From Lama guanicoe (lineage: Eukaryota): DNA of 64,000 nucleotides. The translations under genes and the position numbers were made by a program. The stretch is from the NCBI GenBank assembly GCA_013239625.1, contig MU055269.1, forward strand, positions 2,286,441-2,350,440, in the 5' to 3' direction. Under the pieces are notes generated by a model. The model ran no database searches. It saw nothing but the letters and a program-made list of their open reading frames with translations, and was not told the DNA's origin. Shown here piece after piece: positions 49,565 through 60,932 of the stretch; the first letter of the stretch is position 1, and every line of letters begins with the position of its first letter.

Positions 49565-51640
49565 TGGTGGCTGTGAATTCCTGGTGGGGACCCAGCATCT
49601 CTGCCTCCTTCCCCAGCGCTGGCCAGAGGGCGGGCAGAGCAAGAAGTCACGACACAGGACCCCTGGGGTCTACACCCGCCGCAGGGCTGCCGGTTCCGGG
49701 AGGGCGGCGGGCCAGGGGTGTGAGGACGTGGGGCTGAGTTGTGGGGGGATGCGAGTCGGGGGCAGGAGGAGCCCGGCTCTCTGGGCAGCAGCTCCCACAA
49801 GAGGCCAGAGTTGGGGGGATGAGTGGGCGACCTCTCCCCACGGGTCCCCTCCCTATTAACAGGTCAGCAGCCAGCTCCCTGGAACAGGCAGCTTTCCATC
49901 GACTCTCTCCTAAGTGACAAAAAAGCCTCCCAGAATTACGGCAGAAACACACCAGGCAGTAAACAGCAGGTCACGAGCTCATGCGATTTTTTTTTTCTCT
50001 TCTGGTTTAAGTTTAAACGCTACGTGACATGCCAGAGCACTCCCTCTAAAAGGCCTCAAATATTTTCAATCCAGTTACAAAAAAGAAAAGAAAGGAGCCC
50101 TTACATGTGGCAACTACCTACAGGAACCACTGGTCTTAAACTCCCGATTCTTCTTGGTTTTAAATCATCAGATTAGGCTTCAGAAAACAAACGTGTAGGC
50201 GTGGGCTCGCCTGTTGCTCAACAATCTGACTTCAGTAAAATTATACAGATGAGAAAGATGTTTTGGTGTTTTCAGCGTCAGTGACAGGAAAGAGACTGCC
50301 AGCCACGCAGAGGTTTTTTAGAAGCAAGTTGCAAATCGGTCGCTCTGTGCCTTAAAAAGCCGCCCGTTGACAGGACGGAGCTTTTTGAGAAGGGCTGTTT
50401 TTCCGCTTTCACTTTCTGCCAAGACCACACCGTCCTGGTGCAGACGCTGCCCACACGCATGGTCTTCAGTCACCGAACACCCCCTCGGCTCAGAGCCACT
50501 GTTATCTTAACAAGGGGATCATCGATAACGCAGTTCACACCCCAGTTACAGAAAGTAACAGGGGATCCCCATTCAAGACTCACTAGAACCAGTCCCACGC
50601 GTGTAAGACCTTCCAACAGGGAGGGGGGAACTCCAAATCAATGGTAACGCTGTGAAAATGCCGATCCCCCGGCTTCACCTGGGGACTGAAATCACTAGGA
50701 GAAAAACTGCATCACATTGTTTGACATAAAACCATGTTTTGTCTTAGGTGTTTAAACACTTGAAGCTAAGATATGAACACAAACAGCATGCAATCACTTA
50801 CTGATTTTACACCGATGGCTTGAGAGCAAATTATGGAAAATTACCCACGTGGCTGACCCAGAAATGAAGGCCAAGTTCAAATCAGAGGAGGACCTGCTGC
50901 TGCTAAGTCCACTGTTACTAACAAAGCCTGCACTCGGAACCTCGGCCGCGGGTCGCGGGCTGCAGTGTAACGTGGTTCAGCCCAGCGGACGTTTATGAAG
51001 CTCTTCTGTGCGTGAGCGTGAGGTGGGGGGCCCACATGACGTTCTGATGAACCGTCACCTGCCTCGAGTTCAAGGACAGAAAAGTGGAGTGGGTAACCTC
51101 TCCCCCTGTAGACTCGGTGGGGCCACGGTCCTGCACACACCGTCGGACCCGTCTCCTCATCTGAACTGCGCCTTCACTGGGCAGAGAGAAAGCCGTCAGA
51201 TGCCCGGTGACGGTGCTGTGACTGTCACCTGTTTGCGCGGCTCGGGGAGGGGCGGGGAGGACTGAGGACCACGGTCCCTGACCATCAAACAGAGGACCCT
51301 GGTGAATAAGGTGGAAGACTGCGAGATTGAGGCTACAGGCACACAGACGCCATTTTGAGCGGTTTTTACTGGCATTTCTCCCCTTTTCTCTCCCGTATTT
51401 CCAAACGCCCTACAGTGGCGTTGCGGAGAGGGGCCAGTCACAGTAAGGCCGCGGTGCATCTGCAGTCCTGGCCCAGGATTCGGGTTTGAGCTGCGTGCTC
51501 AGGGCCAGCGGTCCAAGCCCTGGAGCTTTCTAAAGGAGGAGGGTAATGAGCCGACAGTCAGCGCGGAAGCCCTGGTGGCCACGGGGTGTAAGCACGGAGG
51601 ACTCGCGGGTCGGAAGGCCTTTGAGCCAACTCCCTTTTAC

Positions 51641-51691
51641 CTTATTTCCCTTTTCGGCACTTAAGTCTCGCTTCCCGGAGTGGTTCCCCAT
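51641..51691 (-). CDS. MBP: Golli-MBP exon 2, coding part (MGNHSGKRDLSAEKGNK); full exon 51641-51716 including 25 nt of 5'UTR
   Basis: Minus strand reads tctttcag|CATCTGAAGACCTTGTCGGCTCAGG ATG GGG AAC CAC TCC GGG AAG CGA GAC TTA AGT GCC GAA AAG GGA AAT AAG|gtaaaa. This matches the Golli N-terminus (mouse MGNHSGKRELSAEK, from memory). There is an in-frame TGA upstream of the ATG and a phase-0 junction to exon 3. Gly2 is the known myristoylation site. Confidence 0.95.
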
Positions 51692-54570
51692 CCTGAGCCG
51701 ACAAGGTCTTCAGATGCTGAAAGAAACAGAGGGGCCGTTAGCCGGAAACCTGGCATTTTCAGAGTGTCCGACATCATTTCTCACTCACAACAACAATCCC
51801 ATTTGACGTGCTGTGCCCATTTCTGAGAAAAGGAAATGAAAGCCCCCAAACTCAAGGAGCACCCCAAGGCTCATGGCGGAGCCCCAAGGTCTTCTGATCC
51901 CTAGAAAGAGCTAGAAAGCAGGAACTCTGCCCAAACCTGAATTCTGTGCAGTGACAAACACGGTTCAGGTGTTTCGTCACCGATACAGAAAACCAGCCCA
52001 TCTCCAAGGCCTCGGGGACAGACACACGCGGGAGGGGTGCCTCATAGTCAGGTGTCACAGCGAGAGGGGCAGAGGCGCAGAAAAGTGCCAACGCTCGGAA
52101 TGATGAAAACCAGAAGCTCGCTGCTTCGGGGACCATGTGGGCGCAGAAACAGCAGGACCCAACCGAGGACTGCTTATCCCACCAGCATCCTAAGAATCTG
52201 CAGAGTTCGTGGGGCAAATAAAGTTGGATTTCAAAAAAGCGTGCATCCCTCATTTGTATTTTCTATCCCAAACCATAGCAGCAAATTTATTATTTTTTTC
52301 CCAGTAAGGCACGAAACTGAAGACTTTAGCCAAGCCCATCCACACAGACCCCTCATCCCACCCACATCCCTGGACCTGAACAAGCCACAGGGCCACTTGC
52401 ACACCACCTTAAGCCCATCACCTGGCTGCAGGTGACAGTCTTTAAGGACAGTTGCAAAGTGGAATCATCCATGATGTATTCTTTTCAAAGAATGTGTGAG
52501 CACCAGCTCCCTGCCGAACAAGGAAAGGTAACAAAATGAATCAGCTCCTAAACATGGGAGAGATTTCTGAAATATTACAAATTCCTGAACGAAAGGCAAG
52601 TTCTGTGTCCCGAAGTCACTTCTGTAGAAAAGCGGGAATTACCCAGCATCGGAATTTCCCCAAAGTCCCCCACATCACTGGGCAGGGGCCCTCCGCCGCG
52701 GGCTGGGAGAAGGGAATCCAGGGCGTCTTGCAGCCTCCCCTCCAGGCACCCGGCCGTGTGCAGCCCTGACCTGGTGGGGACCCCTGTCCCAGTGGGGACC
52801 CAGACAGCCCGGCGCCTGCGGAGTGGAGACCCTTCCCGCCGTCATATTTGTAAATGGAAAGGGGGCAGCGGTGAGTTTCCAGTGAGGGCCCCACGCAGAA
52901 GGAGAGCCCACAAAGAGCTGCCTTTCCAACAGATGCCAGTGGGGGTGACGCGCTGGTAAATCAAAGCCACGGCTCTAGCCGCAACAAGACCCCTCCTGAC
53001 ACTGAAGAGTCACCACAGGAGCGGGAAGGAAACAGGATTCAGAATGCAAGAGTTTAAAAAGGCAAGTCGGCCTTTGCAGATAATCTCAGTATTCGATGTC
53101 CCAATTTATTTACACGGGACGCCCCCAAACACCCCCATGGGGTAATCTTGTGGGGAAGATGGAGGTTTGGGGCGCACAGAGGGGTTACTTGATAAGAACG
53201 GCACAGCAAGGAAAGCCAGGCCTCGTCTGTGTCCTCACGGGGTCTGAAGTGCACTCAGAGGACAGGAATGCAGGACACTGGTCTGAACGCGGAGAGCAGA
53301 GCAGGGGTCCCTGGAAGTCCCACCCGTGACCCCGTGGAAAGTCTGAGCAAGTACTGATTACGCACACTGTGTACCTAACACACAGAACAGCAAGGCCTAG
53401 AACGTTTGTGGCTCCACCTCCCTCTTTAAGAAATAAGAATTGGTGCATTTGAAACTAAACGCAGACAAAAATAGTTAACTTCCTTTCAAGTTGACAGCTT
53501 GGCCTTTTGAGGGTTTTTCCAGTCCAGGCATAAAGAGCCAAGTGGGAGCAACTTCATTCTCATCTGGGCAGCGTCTGGGAGCCAGGGACCTCCAGCCTGG
53601 GGGCCCCTGCCTCCTCCTGTCTCCTCCCCTCCCCTCCTCAGTCATCTCGCCCCCCCTCCATCTCCCCTCCCCTCTCCTCCTTCTCATTATTACCCCAGCA
53701 AAATGCTCTTTCCTTCCAGAAAACGAATCTCTGAGGATTTACCCTAAACCCTCCGAAGAGTGTGGGACGTGTAACTATTTGGGGGGCTGCTTGTGGCCGA
53801 GAGGAGAGCCAGTTTTGGACCAAGGACTTAGAAGCACAGCTGACCACACCGCGAGCTGCCCGCACTGCTCCTGGGACGGAGGGCGCGCTCCCTCCCAGCC
53901 AGCGCGCCTGCTCAGAGCTTTATCAGCCGCAAAGCCGAGCTTCAGGTCACACTTGGGAGGAGTGCTTGTGAAATAGTTTAGAAACCAGTATTTAGAAAAC
54001 GCAAGACTAGAACACAGAAGAGATCAAAATAACAAAAGTCCGGGTCAGACTTCTGAGTGTGCGCAAGCTAGTGAGACTGCTCTGCGGGCTCAGATGTGCA
54101 GAAAGAGTTTATTTTACAAGTATCGTTTTGAGTTGGCAGATCCCAGCCTCAAAGGCACATCTACACACTGGCAGGAAAAGGAAGACAAGAAAAACGCAGC
54201 GACGAGTCTTCGATTAGGGCCCTGCCCCCGAGCAGCCGTGTTCCGAGCCTCGGTGCTGGAGGTGCGCGGGGCCGCCCTGCGGCGGGCGTGGCGCGGAGGA
54301 TGTGGCCGTGGCCCAGCGCGACCCTGCGCAGCCCCGCCGTGGGGACATGGGGGCGGCCCCCCAGCTGCGCTCCGTCACATGCGGGAGTGAGCCGTCTGCG
54401 GACGGCGGAGCTGGACGTTTGGACGTCGCCTGCGTTTCATTTCATTCTTGCAGTCAGTCCAGTTGAGAGAGCGAGGGGACGCCTCGGTAAATGCGCGGAA
54501 GGTGCCGGGAGAGCAGGCGGACCCCGGAGGGCCCCGGGCAGCTGTGCCGCCGTCCGCGAGATGCTGAAGG

Positions 54571-54919
54571 AGGACCGCGGCGGGAGGGGCGGGGGGCCGG
54601 GCGGGGAGCAGCGAGGGCTGCAGGCGCACCTGCCGCGCGCTCCTTGGGCGGGAGTCCGCGCCCTCGGGAGGTTCCTGAACAGCCACCGGGTAGCGAGCGT
54701 TTCCGCCGCGTCCTCATGGCCGTCCGAACTTCGTGTCGTCAGGACGGAGGCGGGAGGGGCGGGAGGGGCGGGGGGCCGGGCGGGGAGCAGCGAGGGCTGC
54801 AGGCGCACCTGCCGCGCGCTCCTTGGGCGGGAGTCCGCGCCCTCGGGAGGTTCCTGAACAGCCACCGGGTAGCGAGCGTTTCCGCCGCGTCCTCATGGCC
54901 GTCCGAACTTCGTGTCGTC
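54571..54919. repeat. Tandem direct duplication, copies 54571-54740 (170 bp) and 54741-54919 (179 bp)
   Basis: About 160 bp are identical between copies. They differ only in the G-rich start (two substitutions and an extra GGGAGGGGC). Confidence 0.95.
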
Positions 54920-55194
54920 GAGGGGGTGAAAATGAAAGTCAGCAAGCGAGATTCGCCGGGGAGAACCGGCTCAACCGCCGCGCCACCGATTTCAGCGACA
55001 CGCCCCCGCGGCAGCGGGGCCGCCACGGGGTGCCCCGGTGAGGGCGCGCGGGGCTTGCGCCGGAGGCCGCTCGGATGGAGGGGCTGCCCGACGCGGAAGC
55101 GCGGGGCGCGGCTTCCAGCGTTCGGACCCGCTGCCGCCCACGAGAGGCCCTAACTGTCAGAGAGCAGCGTGGCGGATGAGCCAGGCCCTCATCC

Positions 55195-55305
55195 GGGCTC
55201 CTGCTGGTGGCCCGGGCGAGTTACTCCACCTCTCCGAACCTCAGTTTCCCGTAAAGTGGGAGGCATGAAAGTCCCTCACTGTGCTGTGGTCAGAATGAAA
55301 GAGGG
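55195..55305 (+). mobile_element. MIR remnant inside the CpG island
   Basis: gggcgagttactccacctctccgaacctcagtttcccgtaaagtggg core. Confidence 0.65.
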
Positions 55306-56294
55306 GCTGCTCGGGGTTGGGGTCAGGGTTAGGGTCTCGGATGGAGGCCTTCTCTATCCCACAGTAAGTCTACTGAGACAAAAATCTCACGGTGATCCCG
55401 TTGTCAGTAAAAACGCACGTGAAAGTACCTCAGAAGCAGGCAGCTGAGCATTTCAGCGTCCCCAGCCGTGCGCGAAGTGCGGGGCTGTCTGCGTCCCCGC
55501 CTCTTGTCTCTCCGCGCACCGCCCGCGTGGTCTCGCCCGGAACCGCACGGGTCGCGGCGCCCCCTGTGCCGGGGCGGCAGGGCTGGGCGGGGGACTGCTG
55601 CTCGCAGGCCCGGGGGCGGCGAGGCGAGCTCACAGGCACACCCTGGAGCGCTCACCGTGCCATGTGCGCGTCGCTGCGTTCGGGCCCCTTGGGAGCCGCT
55701 GTCCGGCTGCGTTTACGTCCACGTTCCGGGAGGCGGTCTCATCCTCACAGGCTTGTGGCTCTTTTGGCTTTGGCATCGTCAGATTTTGTTGATTGTACAA
55801 CAGTTTTTCCCCCTCGGGGTCCACGTCCCAGAAAGCAATCCTAAAGTTAATGTTTCCACAGGGACACAGGGCTAATTTTACAGGGATTTGCTTTATCCCT
55901 TAAGTCGTGGAATTACAGGAATAACCCTGAAAGCTTTAGTCCCGCTGTTCAGTTGAGAAAGGAAAGTTTGAAAGACTCAGCTGCAACGATGCCTCTAGGA
56001 ATATACCTGCGTTAAAAAGGGGGATAAGCTGGGTGTTATTTACACTATGAGTATGTCCTGTGTGGGAAGAAGTGTGCCCCGTAGGTCTGGGGCATTGCCC
56101 ATCTCTAGATGATTAGCAGCGCGAGGAAGGGAAGACGCTGATGGGTAGCCTTGACAAGATAGCTGAATGGTGGCAACTTGTTCTTTATAAACACCTGCAC
56201 GTAGACACACAATTTAACAAGGAAGATGGCCCTGACTTTCAGAATTTCCTACCTAACATCTTGCAATAACTGCTGGTGAGAAGTGAACACAAGG

Positions 56295-56430
56295 AATTGT
56301 GTGGGTTTTAGTTCCATGCCTGCCAGTAATTGTCTACTGCAGAGCTTAGCAGATTTAATTCTCTGAGTTTCTGATTTCTCAGTTGTAAAAACAGAGACCA
56401 TGACACCTGCAGTGCGGCTTAGAGGCCTCA
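56295..56430 (+). mobile_element. MIR remnant
   Basis: atttaattctctgagtttctgatttctcagttgtaaaaacagag core. Confidence 0.6.
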
Positions 56431-57810
56431 AGAGAGTCATAGACTCGAACCCGCAGCCCCTGACAGCACAACCGCACGGCCACCGCGCCCTCCCTTCCCG
56501 GGAGGACGGCTCGCACGTTACACGGGGCGCCAACCACCAGAGGAGACCAGTAAGGAGTTAGTCATGACCACATACACCTCACCTCATAAGGACATTCAGC
56601 TAATACACTGCTCCACAATCAGTGGTGAACCGGGGGGGGGTGTCTGTTTTTCTCATCCAGCGTGGGTGCGATTATTCATGGACAATAGATCAGAGTGATC
56701 GTTTGCTTTGTCCTGCTGGCACGCGGGCAAGTGTGAGCACTGACAGAGAGGCCCTCGTGGGATGTCATCTGCGGGGAGGGGCTGAGAAGGGCCCGGGGCT
56801 GAGGTCTCCCCGGGTCACAGGGGTGGGTCGAGTGAGGGAGCCCACAGCGAGCGTTCAGGGATCTCCCCACTGGACTCTGGGCAGCACCTTCCCAGCCGAG
56901 AGGGAAGACCACGGCCGCGGTCAGGGGCCGGATGCCGGCCAACAAGGGATGGAGGGATGCGAAGCCGGGCACTGACCCTGGGGGGCATCCAGCAGGGGGT
57001 GGTTCCTTTTCAAGGAAAGTGGAAAAGAAGGTCCTGAGGGAAGGGAAGGGTACTGGAACATCCATTCCTGGGCAGGACCATAAGGCCGGCACTGGGGCTC
57101 CAACCACGAGCTGAAGACACTGCCTCTACCAGCCACGGGAAATCTCACAACCTGCCCCACAAGGACGGCTTTCAAACAATTTTAAATTTAAGTAATTCAG
57201 GCAGTGCATAATGGAGACGTGAAGTCAGCGTTATGGACAGAGGTGTGGGCGGGGGACCGTCCCAGGGAGGGTGGAGGGGGCGGGCGCAGCCTGAGCTTAC
57301 CCTGAATTTCTGACTCCACACGTCAGCCTCAGGGTGGTCCGCTGGCTTTCCTCCCCCTCCCTCTGTAGGTAGCACATTCCCACCGTCTAAGGGAAGCTCC
57401 TCAAGGGCCCAGACCCTCCCACTTCCTCCCGGGCTGATGACTCACTGCTGTCTGCGATCCCTCACTTCACATTCAGATCTGGGGGCAGCGGCAGTCAGAG
57501 AGCCCACAGTCTGCGCACAGGGGGCCACTTGTAAGGTTCTTTTTCTCAGTATCTTAGAAGCAACATAGAAAACACACTGCAATAATGGTAACAGTTTTAT
57601 AAAGCTTTCCATCTGCCTTTCCTCAATATAGACTGTACAGAATCTTTATTGATGGCCTATTCTTGGTCCAAACAAATATGCTGTTTTCATTGCATTTGGT
57701 GTCAAATACAGGAGATGAACCAGAACACACATTTCAAAGGCAGTGTAGTAACTCTGTGCTGGGAGAGGGCACACTACCCGACCCTGGAGGCCAGGACGCC
57801 CTTCCCAGGG

Positions 57811-58259
57811 TGTGGTGTGCTGCACTGTGTCCCCTGAAAAGATATGACCATGTCCTAAACCCCAGGACGTGCGACCGTAACATTAGGACAGAGGATCTTT
57901 GCAAATGGAATCCAGTTAGGAGGAGGTTGTACTGGGTTGGGGTGGACCCCATCCAAAGACTGGTGTCCTTGGAGGAGAAAGGGGCGGGGGACAAACACAG
58001 AGGAGCTGGGGAGAAACGCCACGTGGTTACAGAGGCAGAGACCAGAGAGACGTGTCTACAAGGAGACGGATGCCACGGCCTGTGGGCAGTGTCAGAGCCT
58101 GGAAGGGCTAAGAGGCCCCCCAGAGCCCTCAGAGGGTGCCTGGCCCTGAGAAGCCTTGGGTTTGGAATTCTGGCCTCCAGAGCTGTGAGTGAAGACACTT
58201 CCATTTTGAGCCAAAGTGTCAGTGGTCTTCGGTTACAGGAGCCACAGGAAACTCATGCC
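57811..58259 (+). mobile_element. MaLR (MLT1-type) solo LTR
   Basis: tgtgtcccctgaaaagatatg...gactggtgtcctt...ttctggcctccagagctgtgag...gccacaggaaactcat. Confidence 0.85.
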
Positions 58260-58583
58260 CAGGGAGAGTGACACGTGGATGGAGGCCGACAGGGTGAGCA
58301 GAAGGGGCAGGTAGAGATGCTGTGGGAAGCAGGGGGAGAGCCTGGGTGGAGGGCATGGCATGTGCAAAGGCCCTGAGGTAGGAGAGACCATGGGTGTGAC
58401 AGGGAAGTGCCTGAGCATCGGGAATCCGTGGAGGAACAGGACCCTCCGGGCAGCACCACTACAGTCTTCCCTGCGGGAGACGTGTGGTGCCCCTTCACCC
58501 ACTTTTGGGAGGAATCCAGTCCTGCTGGGAGGAGCAAGCTTCCCCAGTGCCGTGGTCCCTGGATGAAGAGCTCCCAGAACCCT

Positions 58584-58923
58584 GTGCTACAGACCGAATG
58601 CCTGTGTCCTCCCCAAATCCATGCCCCCAGATGATGGCATCCAGAAGGGGGGCCTTCGGAGATGCGTAGGTCTGAGGACAGAACCGGCACGGACGGGGTC
58701 AGGGCCCCAGTAAAGGAGACCCACAAAGCTCCCACTCCTGCTCCACGTGAGGACACAGAGCGGAGACGTGTGTGAGCCAGGAATCCAGTCCTCACCAGAC
58801 ACCGAATCTGCTGGCCCCTGCATCTTGGGTTTGTAGCCTCCAGACAGTGAGAAATGAACGTCTGTTGTTTACAAGCCCCCGGTCTGTGGTGTCCCATCAC
58901 AGCTGCCCGCGTGGACCGAGACA
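58584..58923 (+). mobile_element. MaLR (MLT1A-type) solo LTR
   Basis: tgctacagaccgaatgcctgtgtcctccccaaatccatg...ctcaccagacaccgaatctgctggc...agcctccagacagtgagaaatgaacgtctgttgtttacaagcc. Confidence 0.85.
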
Positions 58924-60759
58924 GCCCATCAGCTCGGAGAACAGGGTAGAGGTTCACCTCAGAAGTCCCCGCCCGTCTGGAACAAGGTTCTCCCAGACAG
59001 CGAGCTGAGATCTGCCTCCCACCCGTCCTCAGGACCCCCTGCCCAGCTGGCGGCACTCAGACAGCCCCAGACACCCAACCTGGACTCACATAAGAAGCGT
59101 TTGGGAGGAAACCAGCTCTCAGATTTGGGGGCTGGGAATTTCTGCGCTGGGTGATCATGGAATGTTCACAAGCCAGTTGACACCATCCTTTGTTTGCTCA
59201 GGCTTATCAGAGTCACAGCGCAGAGGAGCGCTGCCTTAAAGTTATCAAAAAACACTTAAAAAAGACAATGACAGGATTGCAGAAGGATGGAGCTTGATGG
59301 AGTCTGACTGGTCCCTCGAGCCTGGTGCCCAGGGTGTCGGCTGACTTGGCAGATAAAGCCGTTGCAGAACGGGCAGCCAAGGACGTCTGGGTTCCCGGCT
59401 TGCCGTGCTGCTGGTACAGCCCCTTTCTCAACTCCAACGCAGCATTTTCTTAAAGGAAGAAGGAAGCAGATTAAACAATGGTTCACTAATGCTAAGTTGG
59501 ATTAACTTTTAGAATTTCTTGTTCAGACATTCACGGGAGTCTATGACCACGTAGCGTGCTTAGCTTTTTGTAGCTCCTGCAAGGAAAGCTGAAATTGTCC
59601 GTGTGAAAGCAGAGGGTCCCAGGAAAGTGGCCTTGCTGGGTAACGGGCACTCCAGGCCTGCAGTCGCGTGGAGACAGCCTTTCTGATGCTTGGGAGTGGG
59701 GTTCAGGGGCAAGTGGGGCAGCATCTGGAGACATCCCAGTCCTGGTGGCCTAACCTGGTCACGGGCATGAACCCCGGGTCCCACTGGCCACACTGTGCAC
59801 AGGCTGCCCCCCCGGGAGGACCAGCAGCTGGGCCGGGCACAGGGGTTTCAGAGAGGAAGTCCCAGGGCTCGAGTCCCAGAGGTGCCCGGGGTGGGCCCCT
59901 TCTGGTGGGCGCTCTTCTGCTTGCTCTGAGGTTTGGTCCCCAGTTCCTCCTTATCTGTAAACCCAGGAGGATAAATGCTACTTCCGGGAGGGTCTGTGGA
60001 AATAACTGGTTAATATTTCACAGGCACCTGAAGATACAAGCCCTCAGTCGAAGGAGCAGGGGACCCAGCGGGGGCTGGACTTCCGGGAGCGGCCCCGCGT
60101 GCCTGCAGCAGGGTCACCCACTGCAAAGTGTGCCACTGTGCCGGTCCCCGAGGGCACACGACCAGGACCCTAGCGCTGATAACTGAGGAAACGTGACGCC
60201 CTGGGCATTGCTCCAGGCCAGAGCCAGTGCTCAAAGGCTAGAACTTGTTGAACTAAGTGTGTTTTAATCCACCTGCACAACAGATTGCAGAAGGATGGAG
60301 CAACTCACAGATTCCCTGACCTCAGGCAGGATGACGGCGCAAGAGCGGGGTGCTCGGGGAGGAATGCGCTGACTCAGCCCACGGGCTTGCAGGCGGCCTG
60401 GGGCCAAAAGAGCTACCGTCTGAGTCTCGACTGAAATAAACCAAATCTTTCTGAAAACACAGAGGACACCTGAGTTCTACGACTGCTGCTCTCAAACCTC
60501 CAGTTTCAAATCACCGACCCCGCAGTGGTCCCATGGGGGAGGGGCAGTCTCCTCTCCGGCACCATTTTCCTGGGGGGCCTCCTCCCAGAACCTTCCAGAT
60601 GCTAATCAGGGAAAAGAATGTGAGCATCGTCCTCAGCCCCATCGGTCCCGCCGGCACACGCTCAGGGCTGATGTGATGGGCGCGCGTCTTCACACGGGCG
60701 TGCAGCATTTCAGAAGATAAAGGATACGGGTGGGTGACAATTACAGACACACTGCCACA

Positions 60760-60932
60760 AGTTTCTACCGTACAGCACAGTATATCAGTATCTTGTAACA
60801 CCTCTAATGGAGAAGAATATGAAAAGGAATAGATACCTGTGCATGTATATGTGTCACTGAATCGCTTTGCTGTACACCTGGAACTGACATTGTAAGTCAA
60901 CACACATCAATAAGAATAAAATTTTAAAAAAC
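60760..60932 (+). mobile_element. L1 3'UTR fragment
   Basis: tacagcacag...gaatatgaaaaggaat...actgaatcgctttgctgtacacctggaactgacattgtaagtcaac plus an A-rich tail. Confidence 0.85.

Larger units (their letters stand above)
54200..55740. promoter_or_regulatory. MBP: CpG island, likely Golli promoter and non-coding first exon(s)
   Basis: Highest CpG density in the window with multiple GC boxes, 2.5-4 kb upstream of exon 2. Minus-strand donors CAG|GTGCGC (exon ends 54809 and 54630) and ACG|GTGAGC (exon end 55656). The exon 1 assignment is inferred. Confidence 0.65.

Noticed and set aside
55313-55336. Telomere-like hexamers (TTGGGG TCAGGG TTAGGG), also about 22421 and 45402
   Set aside because: Only 2-3 degenerate units, too short to call interstitial telomeric sequence.
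56340-56380. Minus-strand AGAGAATTAAAT (RELN), resembling human Golli exon 2
   Set aside because: Part of a MIR remnant with no ATG or splice sites; the true exon 2 is at 51641-51716.
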